From: Tubulanus polymorphus
Taxonomy: Eukaryota; Animalia; Nemertea
DNA: 64,000 nucleotides
Reading direction: 5' to 3'
NCBI RefSeq assembly: GCF_964204645.1
Contig: NC_134031.1
Span: 7,874,001-7,938,000 of the forward strand
The position numbers and the translations under genes are program-made. How positions within the stretch are numbered: the first letter of the stretch is position 1; each line of letters begins with the position of its first letter. Of the stretch, positions 10,851-23,200 are shown piece after piece. Under the pieces are notes generated by a model that ran no database searches, had not been told where the DNA came from, and saw nothing but the letters and a program-made list of their open reading frames with translations.

Positions 10851-12593
10851 GGGCACATGGCGGAGTGCGTGAAGGCACACATCGTTATCAAAACAAACTA
10901 TTCAATACAATGATACTAGTAATTATTCTTCTAAGACTTATACGCCGCGTAGACTTATACGCCAGTTTTTACGGTAATTGATAAGCTTGCCAATCTCCGC
11001 CGGCAGAGAATCGGGACCTTTCCTTTTTCCTATGAATTAGGACGAATTATACAAATTAACTGACGACGAATTGAGGGAGGTTGACTGTATCTAAATTTCA
11101 TACTAGCACAACTAAATAGAATTACAGTGAAAACATAGATCAGCCTGGTTATACATAAATGTGAATGCAATTTAACTACCAAACTTAGAAATTCGATTCT
11201 ATACCGGCCTAGTTAAAAGCAAACAAAATACTATACATGTATACTGTGCCCATGTATGGCATAAATATTCTGTCAAATTGAAACATCAAATTTACCCTTC
11301 AAACTTTAATATTTTACCTGTCGAAACTAAACACCGAATTTGCTCGTCAACTCAACATGAAATGCTTGTAAAAACGTTGTATTTGACGCGTTAAATGTGC
11401 TCTCACATTTCCTGACAAAACCAAATCGCTATCGCAGATATTCTGTCAAAACTCATTATCATTTGACGATCAAAATCGCTATCGTAGATATTCTGTCAAA
11501 AGTGAATGTTCATTTGAAGCGTCAAAATTGCTATCATCATTTTGGTATTGAAATATGATGTATATCACATTAGCATCTATTGTTGATCGGTATTGTTGAA
11601 GGTGAAGAATCTGTTTTATTTAGCTGCCACCAGAGGACACTCAGTTAAATGAAAGGGGCGCATTGATTTGTGTAAACCTTCAACATCATGAAACTTTGTA
11701 TACACGTTAAGGGCATGGTCCCGCATTTTGCTTTTGAAGGAAATTGTGATACTATGTCTTGTGCTGTCACCAGGAGAAAATTCGCCTTTCGTTAACAGTA
11801 TTGCTGGATTTGACAAGACTGCATGCAATCTAGATATCTATTATGAAGTTAAAGATGTTTATCACAAAATCGGATGTACATTTTCACGTATCACGTGCTG
11901 ATTTTTAGCCCACTTGGGACTTTAGTCCCAGCGGGCTATTGCGTTCACTTTTCGTCCGTCCGTTCGTTAGCGTCCGTCCGTAGATGGAATCCAGTTATTT
12001 TGGGAAGTTTTGAAGACGCTTCGAGGTAATGTCTTGATATTTGGGTTACACATGTATCTACCCTAGACACATCTTCAGCCCAACAACTGGCCCTGTCAGA
12101 TTCAAGATGGCCGACTTGCAGCCATTGTTATTCGCCAAAATCAGCGTTTTTTTCACATTTTTTAACTTTTTGAGGGAAATTTTGAAGACGCTTTGATCAA
12201 GTACCTTCATCTTTCAGATATATGTGAATCCCCCCAGGGCCCATCAGCATAAAAAATTAGGTCGATCGGACTCAGGATGGCCGTCCTATGACCTTTTTAG
12301 TGCCCAAAAATGTTAATTTTGGCCCGTAGCTTCCTACTGGTTTACCATTTCTCATTGCAATATGTGATGGGTATTCTTTGGAAAGGGATGTTTTATACCT
12401 GAGAGAGGTATTTTTCATCAGCCAATTATGACGTAATTGGCGGCCATCTTGGTGTCACCAGTACTCACTGGTAAGTGGGAAAAAGTTTTTCCACATTATA
12501 TTGATACCTAAGCGTATTTTGTTGCCACAATCATTTAGAAAGTTGTAGCTCACAATGTGTTCTATGATTGTGGTGAGTTTCAAGGTCATTGGA

Positions 12594-15500
12594 CAGGGTA
12601 TATGCACCTGAACAAGTAACATATTCCATGATTTTCAATTTCTCCTGAGAGCCAATATTCCATGACTTTCCAGGTTTCACAGAGACCAACGATGCTTAAA
12701 TATCTCAGAATGTGTGCAACAGATCGATAAAATTAATGTTCTAAAAACAAATCTCAGACGGTTGTTTTAAAAGCAAACCACATGTATTTTTACAGAAATA
12801 TGTAAATAAAAATAGATCCATTTAAGCAACTGATTTAAGCATCCTTTAACTGTAGAAGCAATCCATCGAGATATTTCTCATTTTCATCGAGTTCAGTTTT
12901 TTTCGCTTTAGAAGTATGCCGCAAACTATTTGATTCAACTAAGAATTCCCGTTTTCCTGTGACCTCTGCCTTATCTGCTAATTTGTCAGCTACCTCAACG
13001 AGTGAGGTTACATCCTTGGTAAGGCGTGTTTTCTTGTTTTTGGCTTCTGAAATTTGGTCCTCTAAAGTCTTTCTTTTTAAGGATTTTTGCTCATCTGGTC
13101 GTTTCTTTTGCTAATCTTCAAGATGCTGTCTATACTTTTGTCGTGCAGTCGAAACAGAAAGAATTAGAGCTTGTGAAAGTTGTACATTCATTATACCACC
13201 CACATTGTGAACATGGTCACATATCAATCTTCTTGCTTCAAATCCTGCTTCCTCAAGGTTGTCAGCTTCTACCTGAAAAACAAGTAGATCATGGTGCTGT
13301 AAAACATGATTTTTGGCCCTGTTGAAAAAAATGCATGTTAAGCTGGCAAGTGATAAGAATAGTCAGCAATATATCTTACCTGTTTATTATTAGAAAACCC
13401 TCGCTCAACAGAGGCCTGACTGTGTGACAGCATCAGTAGCACTCTCATTGTCTTCCATAGTTTCTCATAGTCATCATGCCTATTAAGATAGCCATACAGG
13501 AATGTGTCTACTCTGTCATCTTTTCTTCCACAGCTACTGGACCTGAATTCGCTGAAATCAGACTTATGGGTCAGTACTACCATGTCTATGAAATTCATAT
13601 ATTGGCGGTTGATTTCATCAATTTCCTCCATGGTTATTTTCTCCTTTTCTGCCAGTGCCTGAAAATAACAATAGTTACTCTCGTAACATAATAAGTAATT
13701 TATGGTAATCAAGTCATATAGAGAAGTCTAAATTACATATACAACCATTCATATCTTACCTTCAGCAGTAACCTGAATTGTCGACAACTTGATTCCTTAT
13801 CATTCACCATTTTTCGTGGGTCTAAAGCTGCCATATTTCAAGCCAGGCTGAACCGCAATGGAGACTTCTCTAATACTTTTGATGTAATTTTGATCGTTTC
13901 TTTACAGTCATTCTTGAATGCTAGAATCTGCCTGTCACTGAGAGTTTTTTCATTGTTCAGTTTCTTCATAGTTTGGTCACAAGCTGCTCCAACTTGAACC
14001 TAAAATGTATGAAACAGGTATAGAAGTTAATGTCAATCACTCAATCTGTCGAAGTATGACAGTCAGACTTAGACAAGCTAGCAGTGAGTACTATGCATAA
14101 CAGATGGAGATTGCTTTGTCATGTGAAACGCAGCATTAGTCTTTGGATAGGATTAATTCTGTCCAGTTAAAATTAAACCTGGATTAATCGATTATGTAAG
14201 TTCATTCTATATGGTGTGTGATAGGTTATTTTCAAACTAACAGTTCACCAGTAATTGATTTCTGAATTTGACCTTACCTGTTTTGAAAGACAGTGGTTGT
14301 CACTGTCTGTCAAGACATACTTCTCTTCATCCTGAGTAATTAGCTTTGTTGGTGTAGTTATCAATGTCAGGCTTGATGAAACAAAGCATCAACCCTCTCA
14401 TCACCAGAAATAAGTCCTCTGCAATGTATGGTACCATTGGTTCATCCGACTGATATTTTTCCAGGAATGGATGTATCATCTTGCAGACATAGATGTAGAA
14501 CTGCAATGCTGGAACAGTTTTATGGTTCTTTGTCGCCTCCTTAACAACAGCATAACTATTAGACGTTGGAACTGATATTTTTTTTCTATACAAGCCTGAA
14601 CATACATTTTCACATTGTCCCATAGAGACGGAGCCTGTTCAGCAACTGGTAGGTTCGCAACCCAACGGGTTGAGCAAAATTTTTTGGGGAAACTATTGCT
14701 CCCTGTTATAGTTGTATAGTCCTCTCTACGTGCAGGGCTGTCTTTAAACAGATAGTACATGCTACTTAAGAGCTTACTTATGCCACTCATTTCCGAACTT
14801 TTCTCAAAACCAGTCTTGAACGCTCCATGCACTATGTGTAACCCACATGAACCAATGTCCAGCAATTGGTTATCGTTATCATCCTTAAGTTTTGATTTCA
14901 AATTCCTATAAAACTTCCAATTCACACTTGGGCCATCCATCGACACTTGTAACAATTTCGATAAATTTAGGTCAGCCGAGCTTTGGATAAAATGTTCTAA
15001 CAGTAGATCAGCGTCACCGTGCCCCATAAATACGCTGCCAAGATACCTACACGCAACTTTGTCTAAATCCCAGAACCGGATATATAAATCCATTTGTTTG
15101 TTTTGGGTCTTAGAGTTTAAATTTTCATCAAATAATAAAACAAATCCAGTTTCTTTATTAGCATTATTCAGCAATAATCTTCTGAAGTACGGCGCCAATC
15201 CAAACATACTAACATAGCGAATTTTGTCCTTGCCACACTTAAATGCCACTGCTACTTCACTGTCAGGAAACATTTTACGAAATAGCGGGCTCACATCAGA
15301 GCACGAATTGAAGGAGTAATGATCAGTTACTACCTTCAAACTCCACAAAGTTTCTGCTTTTATTGCATCGGCGGTTACATCAATAGTTCGACTAGTCTGA
15401 GACTTTGTTGCAGTTGGCCCAGCACCACTGGTGGTTGCAAGAGGATCAATCAATGTACGTGTACCAGTAGTGTTTTTAGGTTGGAAAAATCCTTTAATAT

Positions 15501-16420
15501 TGAAATTTTTCGACTGTTCATTGACATTTTTTATGTGATTTTCGCCTTCTGAATGTGAAATAACAGCCCCGGTTGCCATATTTCCAAGCTTAAAAGAGAT
15601 GTGATATTGTATGAAACTTTGCACTAACCCATATCTGCCCATGATCAAGACTATAAACTTCGGTGAATAAATTGAACTTTGAATTGCCCTTGATCGTTAG
15701 GCCTTAAATTTGGAATGGAAAACGACAACAAAGGGACAAGGTGTGCAAAATTTTATACAATAACTGTTTTCTACTAACGATCCTCTGATAAAACCAAAAA
15801 CTCTCGAGTCCAGAGTTTCTGATGATATAGGGAACACACTGACGAAAAACGGCCAGGATTTTCCTTTAACATGTCATAAAAAGGGAGATTACATACTTTT
15901 ATGTTCTTACGGCACGCCGCACACTTTGCGAGTGAGTTATTCCCGGGAACTTTCGCTATCCATCCTTTAAATCTATTATCAGCTAAACAAATGTCTTGGA
16001 AATAGGACGTCATATTGTCAATATATTCGAATAACAAGAATACAATTTCTAAACCAGTTCAACACTCTCGCGACGACACACGTCGCCATTCACAGGAACA
16101 CACAGTTCATTGAAAGCTGCGCTACGATTGGACAGAAAAGCATCGCTTTAGCCAATAGCGACTCCCGTGGCAAAACGATGTCGGAAACCCCCGATTATGT
16201 CCGTAAACATCCGAAAAGATCGTCCGAGACGATATCGATCAGAGAACAAACAAAATATTTTTATTAATTTTTACTATACGAACAGCTTGATATTCCGATA
16301 TTCCCTGACTTTCCAGATTTTGACAAGGAAAATGTCAAATTCCATGTTTTTCACTGTCAGGGAATGACTTTAGGTGAAATCCATGATTTTCCCTGACTTT
16401 CCAGAACCGCTGCAACCCTG
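12594..16420 (-). mobile_element. hAT-superfamily transposon with 5-bp TSD (hAT5-like), 3.8 kb
   Basis: TTGGA|CAGGGT ... ACCCTG|TTGGA. Subterminal TTCCATGA(T/C)TTT repeats at both ends. Encodes a spliced transposase. Confidence 0.9.
12822..16013 (-). pseudogene. Intron-containing hAT transposase, frameshifted
   Basis: Inferred exons 16013-15897, 15588-14278, 13999-13760, 13658-13380 and 13272-~12822 with GT-AG introns. BED-like CAAC..H..H, FDE, SMDGPSVN, SCGLHIVH, SPARREDY, STRW and QASVERGFS motifs. Frameshift in the T-run near 14580. Confidence 0.85.
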
Positions 16421-17082
16421 TTGGATTTCGTATATGGCCACCAGGGGGCGTTGAATAATGCAATATCTTAGCATTTCTATATTATATTCGTACCTATGCA
16501 TATTTTGTAACCACAATCATTAGGAAAGTTATAGCTCATTACATCATCTATGATTGTTGCGAGTTTTAAGGACATTAGTTATTCTATATGGTCACCAGGG
16601 GGCATTGAATAGTGGCGTTGAATAGTAGAATAACTTAATATTTCCTTATTATATTGGTACCTAGGCATATTTTGTTACCATGATCAATTGCGAAGTTGTA
16701 GTTCATGACATTTTCTATGATTGTGGTAAGTTTCAAGGTCATTAGGTTTTGGATATGGTCACCAGGGGGCATTAAATAGTGGAATAACTTAGTATTTCCA
16801 TATTAAATTGGTAACGAGGCATATTTTGTTATCACAATCAATTACAAAATCGAGCTGCTGACATGTTCTATGATTGTGGTGAGTTTCAAGGTCATTGGTT
16901 TTTGTATAAGGTCACCAGGGGGCGTTGAATATTGAAATTGTTAGATTGTTGAGCATTTGGAACCACTTCCCAAGTGGGCATGGTGTCCCTGGACCCCTAG
17001 TTGGTTTTTCATATAACTTTCATACAACGATGCTCTATAAATATGCCGGGATTCAATGCAATTGTTTTCCATAATATGTTCT

Positions 17083-17166
17083 CCAGGGAACATTGAATAT
17101 TGAAATTGTTAGATTGTGAAGCATTTCAGCGCCATTTCCCAAGTTGGCATGGCTCGACCTCTAGTT
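17083..17166 (+). repeat. Second, more diverged 3' end of the same HINE family
   Basis: Repeats TTGAATATTGAAATTGTTAGATTG...TTCCCAAGT.GGCATGG...CTAGTT seen at 16925-17002. Confidence 0.7.
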
Positions 17167-17241
17167 ACATCATCAATTTTGATGTCATTTTACACTACTA
17201 CCCTGTAACTTTTCAGGTTGTGAGCACAACAAGCAGCCACC

Positions 17242-20200
17242 ATGGCTCAGACTGGTAATTTGGTGGACACCACTAAGAAGATGGTGCGAGCAGTGTTACT
17301 TTCAGCTCCTCATGGATTGAGTATCAGAGACATGTTAAAAGATTACGGACAACTCGTCATGGAGCCTTTACCTTACAAGTCACTCGGATTTCAAACTCCG
17401 CAGGAATATTTCGAATCGATTGCTGATGCTGTTGATTTATTTTGGTATCGTGGTGAGTTAATGGTACGCGGCGTGGCAGATCAGACCACCGAACACATAG
17501 CTAGAATGGTAGCCAATCAGAGATCAAGTAAAAAACGCCGTAGCAGACCGGTTCGTTCAAACAATTATCCACGACCAATACCACCCCGTTTCTCGCCTAG
17601 AGATCTACCACCACGATTTCAAAAATCAAATACTGTTAACCCAGCAAAATTCAAAGATCACACCAGGGAACCACAACCGTTGAAAAAGTCTAATCGAAAT
17701 TCAGTCACCCAACCATTAGAGTCTAATTCTCAATTATGTGATTTTGGTGGTGCATCAAATCTAATCAGAGATGAAAATTCACTCAAAAAATGTGCTCAAA
17801 ATGTTCCACGTCAAAACTGTGCCAAGCCTGTGCCAAAAACTAATAAAGGAACTATGCAAGAACTGCCTGTGGTTCAGAATCAGCCCAATCGGGAGCCAGC
17901 GGTGCCAAACTTTGTCCAGCGTGAGATCACCGAACTGTTATGCGCTTATCCAGATGGAATTGTTGGTAGTTGCTTCAATACCGCATTTGGACGGCGTTTT
18001 GGGCAACAACTGAATTTTTCACAGTTTGGTTTTGCATCACTAATGGGTTTATTGCGAAGCATCCCGGATGTTGTTTCAATTGAGAAGTGTGAAAAACAAT
18101 ACGGCGTGTACCGAATTTATTCTACTTTGAAAAAACTTGATAGCAAGACCTCAAAACGCAGCCCACTCTTGATTTCACCTCCAGCATCATCTAGACTAAC
18201 AGATAAAAATTGTGAAGCAGCTTCTCCAAAGCTTAAGAAAGAAAAAAGTACCGGTAAGGGGTTTGATAACGATTTACTCATGATTTGACTGCATATTGAA
18301 ATGAACTTACTTATATACTTTTTGTTTTTCTAGGAAAATGCTTGAGCCCGAACAAAAACAGCCATGGACAAATAAATGATGAACTAAAAGAGCAAATTTG
18401 CCAGGTATATCCTACAGGCCAGAATTTTATTCATTTAAGATTGGCATCTTAACATACAAAGTTCATCGTATTCGCCGATATTTTTCGTCATTTGTTGAAA
18501 AATGTTAATTCAACCTATTTCAGGTTTTAGCTGCACGGCCCAGGGGGATATTCTGTGCTAGATTCCCATTAGAATACAAGGTAAGCATGGAGCACCTTTT
18601 CCCGATCAAAACTTAGTATATGTTGGTAGATCGTTGATTAGTGTTTGGAACGCATATATATGCATATGCATGCGTTTGATATAGATCCTTCCATCAAATG
18701 GTTTTATCAATGTATCCAAGATGATTTATGTAAAAGGGTAGAGCTATTATAGTGATACAAGGTACGACGACTTTAAGGTAATTCTCCATTTTGGAAATTC
18801 CGTGGCCAGGCAAGTTGTTTCAGAACGGTTTGCTCAAAACTAAGCAGTTCCCCATCTGAAACCCCTCAAATAATCTTCATCAATGTTGTGATAGAGATTA
18901 TACAGTTTGTTCCCTTTAAATGCCATTTCGTAGTAATGGGAGTATTGGGACTTTGGAGTAATGAATATGCCCGTAAATATATCAATGAATTTTTCCCCAT
19001 TCTAGTAATAGTTGCTTGGCCTTGTTATTATGTCACCCTGAAAGGCGGGATGACATTCTATTCTACTCGGCTCTATTTCACTCAAGTGCGTCGTGTGTTG
19101 TGCGGCATGCGCTTTTGCCTCTCTACATATTTCAAATAACGTTCAATAAATGTAGAATAAACATTGCAAGTAATGAGAATTGTAAAAAAAAATATAGTTA
19201 TGCCGGAATATAGAAACTTTGGAGTTTAAAAGCATTAGAGTGTATCAGGTGGTGCCCAAAAGTTCAATATTTAGTTTTCTAAAATCTCTGACACCAAATT
19301 TCTGACTCCCAAAATGTCTACCCCCATATTGTCAGTTAGTCAGGGATATGGAAGGTCAAAATTTTTTATTTGTTAACTTCGTCTGTTATATGGACAAATT
19401 ATACATCAATGAAAAGGTAACATCAACCATTTTTACGCATAATGGCTAAATGGTAAGTTCCGAAAATTCATCAGTCACCCTTAGCAACCAACGAAACAGG
19501 GATTCCCCAACAATGTAGCTCATAGAACATTATGTCAAGAGTGACAACATACTTAGTGATGGCTGTTGATGTTACCTTTTCATTGATGTATAATTTGTCC
19601 ATATAACATGCAGTAAACGAAATCTTATTTTAAGACCCTTTTTAGATCTCATATACCTGACTTAGTAGGATTGCTCATATTTTTTGTTCAAGTCATGTCA
19701 GTACATCACAATGGTAACATATATAAAGTTTGTATGATATTGTGTGAGGTTGCCATCAAACAATAAATCTAAGAAACTACGAATTCACTGTTAATTATAG
19801 CCACCTTTATTCTTATTTCATTAGCTTTATGAATTATACTTGCAGAATACCCATCTTTGATGGGTTAGAAAAAGCCTTTTTGACTCTTTTGATTTGCTTG
19901 TTAATGATAATAATAATATTCATTTCTTATATACTGCGCTCGGTATGCATTTCAGCGCGGTTAACAAAGATACAAGGCTTTAAAAACAAATTGAAACAGT
20001 CAATTGAAATATTGTCTAAATGTTTTCAGCTTAGTTTTAAAAGTAACTACATCAGTACAGGATCTTATTCTAAAACGGTGCGGTGACCATGATTACGTCA
20101 TTTAAGTAACTTTAACCTTGTAATTGGGTTCAAAAACATGTATGCAGTTACAAAATCTTGGTTCCTTTCATTTCTGGTTATGATATGAGGTATTGAAATG

Positions 20201-23200
20201 AATTTTGGGCACCGAACATAAGACCACTCATTCATGCGTGTAGGCAGCAGGATCTTTCAGTTCAGCAAACTGGTTCACAGTTTTTTCCCGCTTCAAAAGT
20301 TTTTTTCCATGTTGATGCGTGGCGTAATTTGCGAGTTATAAGCAGTTCGACTACAGCCAACCTAAGATTGTAAATCATAATCTGAGCAAGGCAGAAAATT
20401 TTCTAACGATTCTTAAGTAAATTTGATTTATCATCATGAATGAAGTCGATTTTTATGGAATTTTGCATTCGCAAACTCTTGGACCCGATTATCTGTAATT
20501 AGTTCGTTAATTGTGGCACAGGGATGAGATTATTGCACATCGATGGGTGACTGACAATTGCCGGTTTCAGCAATTCTATAGACCTGAAAATATTTGCGAT
20601 CAAACATGCACGTACATGCAACTTTTTAGCTCTGCTGTGACCGTCGCATCAAAATAACACCAAAGAACAAACTTGGTAATTATGTAAATTGCACTATAAC
20701 CATAAAAAATAATTTATTGAGTGACCATTTATTCATTGAGGATTAAAGGCCTAGAATATTGACATTAATTAGTTTTGCCTATTGAGAACATGTGAACTCA
20801 AACATGATACTTCAAATTTAAGAAGATTTTAAATTTATAATACAAATAAAATCTAAGTAGAGCCATTTTTTGTTATCAAATGTTAAAAATTGTAATTGTT
20901 AGTAAATGTAATTCCAAGTTCGTTCTCTGGTGTTGCAGTGGAACCTTGTTCTAACGACATCGGAACTAAGGAACCATCGCTTGTTATGTACGAAAAAAAA
21001 ATCCCTGGCCAAATCCTTCTCATTTGCAGTTAAATTTCATTGGAAACAGCGACCCCTTTTCTAACAAACTTTCAGTTATATCGACCATAGTTTTGGAGTC
21101 CTATTACATATTTTCATCGGTTCTAACGATCGCTAAGTTATGATCAATCACACTTGTTTATTTATTGTCAGTTTCAAAACCGAGAGACAGTGTTGCTTTA
21201 TTTATCTTAGATTAGTGATACAGATTAATGTAGTGTTGCTGGATGCTACAATTTGTAGTACGGTAGTCGGTCATTGTTTCAGCCTGTTTACAGTGATATG
21301 CACATGAAAACGTACTTCACAAAACAATTACCATCAGAGAAATTGAAAATGCTAAACGCTATGAAGTTTTAAAATTGTTCTGACATTTTAACCGGCATAG
21401 CGTTGTTACATTCATTTCCTTGTTCCATCGCATCCCCTGCGAGGGACTCATGTGTTCAACACATGTATTTACCACTCAAAGTTAACAGAGAGCATATCTG
21501 AATTTGGTTTGAGTTTATATTTCACTTCATAGTTTACAGTTGTCAATTAGCGATTTATTAGCTGACAGTATTTATACTTCAATAGTAGGCCTACTCCAAT
21601 GAAACCAGTTGGTTTGTGTTTCATCACACCAGGGGGGTGTAACGAACGTTTTATTTTTCCCCCAGTGGTTCGTTAGAGTGAGGTTCCACTGTGTTATAAT
21701 GTAAAATTAACTACATCACCAAGTTAATAATGATAGACTGGGACATTTTTTCCGGGGACATATTTTCTGGGATATTTTTACTGTATACCGTTGTTCACGA
21801 CAATTAGATATGACCGAAAAGCCTTGCGCATATTTCTAGCTGACCGAGTATGCTTCTATGCATAATAACGGTCTCACTCATTCTAAACACTGCCGAACAA
21901 AATCAATGTTTCTGTTGTAGGGTCAAAATGATGTAAATGATGCATTTTGCAGGGATCGTTGATTTAACCACAAGTTTTCAGATGTTGGCGGTTATAGATC
22001 CTTTTTAACAACAAGTAGCTTTAACCGGACTCTGGCATCAAAATAGCTCTTTCTCAAATAGGATGGAAAGCCTTGATATACAAATAAGCCATGTGCCTCG
22101 AATTGCAAATTCAATGAAATTTTATTCTGCAAAAAAGAATATCAAATCCATATACAATTGCCTTATTGAACAAAATTACATCGAATCCAATTTTATTTTA
22201 TTTCGCATTCAAATTTATAAGACCAGAATGGAAAAGATTGATCTGAGGTATTTATTTCTGCCATCTTTGAACCTTTTCGAATAGTTATAGAATACCAGAC
22301 TTGGTATTGACAGTATTGACTCTTCATAATTTCAATTTTGCAGGCGATGTTCGGTTGTGAATTACCAGTGATGCGGTTAGGTTTCGTAAGTGTTATAGAA
22401 ATGATGTCATCACTGCGCGATATCGCGGTGATTGATCGTCCGTCTAGCACCGGGGATTGGATACTGTACTCGAAGCCCCAGGGTCAACAATCATATGCTA
22501 CTGATAAAAACAGTACGTATTCTCGCAATGAAATAAAAAAGGACTAGTGTAAAACAAAATATATCTGCTCGGCAGCATCCTTCATATCTGTGTCTATTAT
22601 TTCAGATAATTCAGCACAGAAGATTGATTTACATTTGACTATCAGGAAGATATTAGCTGCGCATCCAATGGGCATTGTCATGTCTGATCTACCAGTTTAT
22701 TTCAAGGTTAGATTTGGGGCTACTTTTATAGAACAGAGGGCTTTTGCATTCATTTCATCTGTTTGTCTGACTGTGTAAACAGAATCTACTTTTTTGGAGG
22801 TTTTTTGAGGTATTGTTTCCACATCTTCGGATAATTGACTCGATGAGAATCAAGACTGCATATTTCTAAGAATTTTCAATGGAAATTTTGATGATGCTTT
22901 GATCAATTATCTTAATGTTTAAATTATATTAATGTATATGTATTCCCCTATGGTCCATCATCACAATGTTAATAGAATATCTAATTGTATGCAGATAAAT
23001 TTTGCTAGGATATTCACCACTACCTCACGACATATTTGATTACAATGAAGTTGTCTAAGTTAGGAAGATCTTGTTAGTTGTGGAGTCTGAGTCTGAGTAC
23101 ATCTGTTCCTGCAAAGCTCAAAATCTTCCAGAAATCCTTAGTCTCTGGTCCCAAAAAAGCGTATGGGTTGACGAGAACAGAACCGATGGTTGGAAAAATT

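Larger units (their letters stand above)
6815..10853. mobile_element. Non-LTR retrotransposon (RTEX/CR1-group-like) with inverted 5' part; degenerate
   Basis: Plus strand 7362-10850 holds ORF1 SGNH esterase (VIILHCGVND...DNIHP) and frameshifted ORF2 (APE GSWNVNG/CIQES/CGDFNSR/SDH; RT QGNILSPLLF, YADD). Minus strand 7361-6815 holds the ORF2 C-terminus (RLCNICNVLDDECHFLFHC), 3' UTR, AATAAA and a (TTGAA)n tail. Confidence 0.9.
6431..10974. mobile_element. Tc1/mariner (Tc2-like) MITE nested in the Tigger-like MITE
   Basis: TA|CCGTAAAAACCGGCGTATAAGTC ... GACTTATACGCCAGTTTTTACGG|TA, with internal GACTTATACGCC repeats. Confidence 0.88.
6144..11087. mobile_element. Tigger/pogo-like MITE split by nested insertions
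   Basis: TA|CAGTCAACCTCGCTTAATT ... AATTGAGGGAGGTTGACTG|TA; TIRs with TA TSD. Confidence 0.85.
11903..17002 (+). mobile_element. Helentron-associated non-autonomous element (HINE / DINE-1 / pearl-like), interrupted by a hAT insertion
   Basis: Inserted in a T-run. 5' subTIR GCCCACTTGGGA, (GTCC)n microsatellite, ~130-160-bp internal tandem repeats, 3' subTIR TCCCAAGTGGGC, then a small stem-loop and CTAGTT. Confidence 0.85.
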
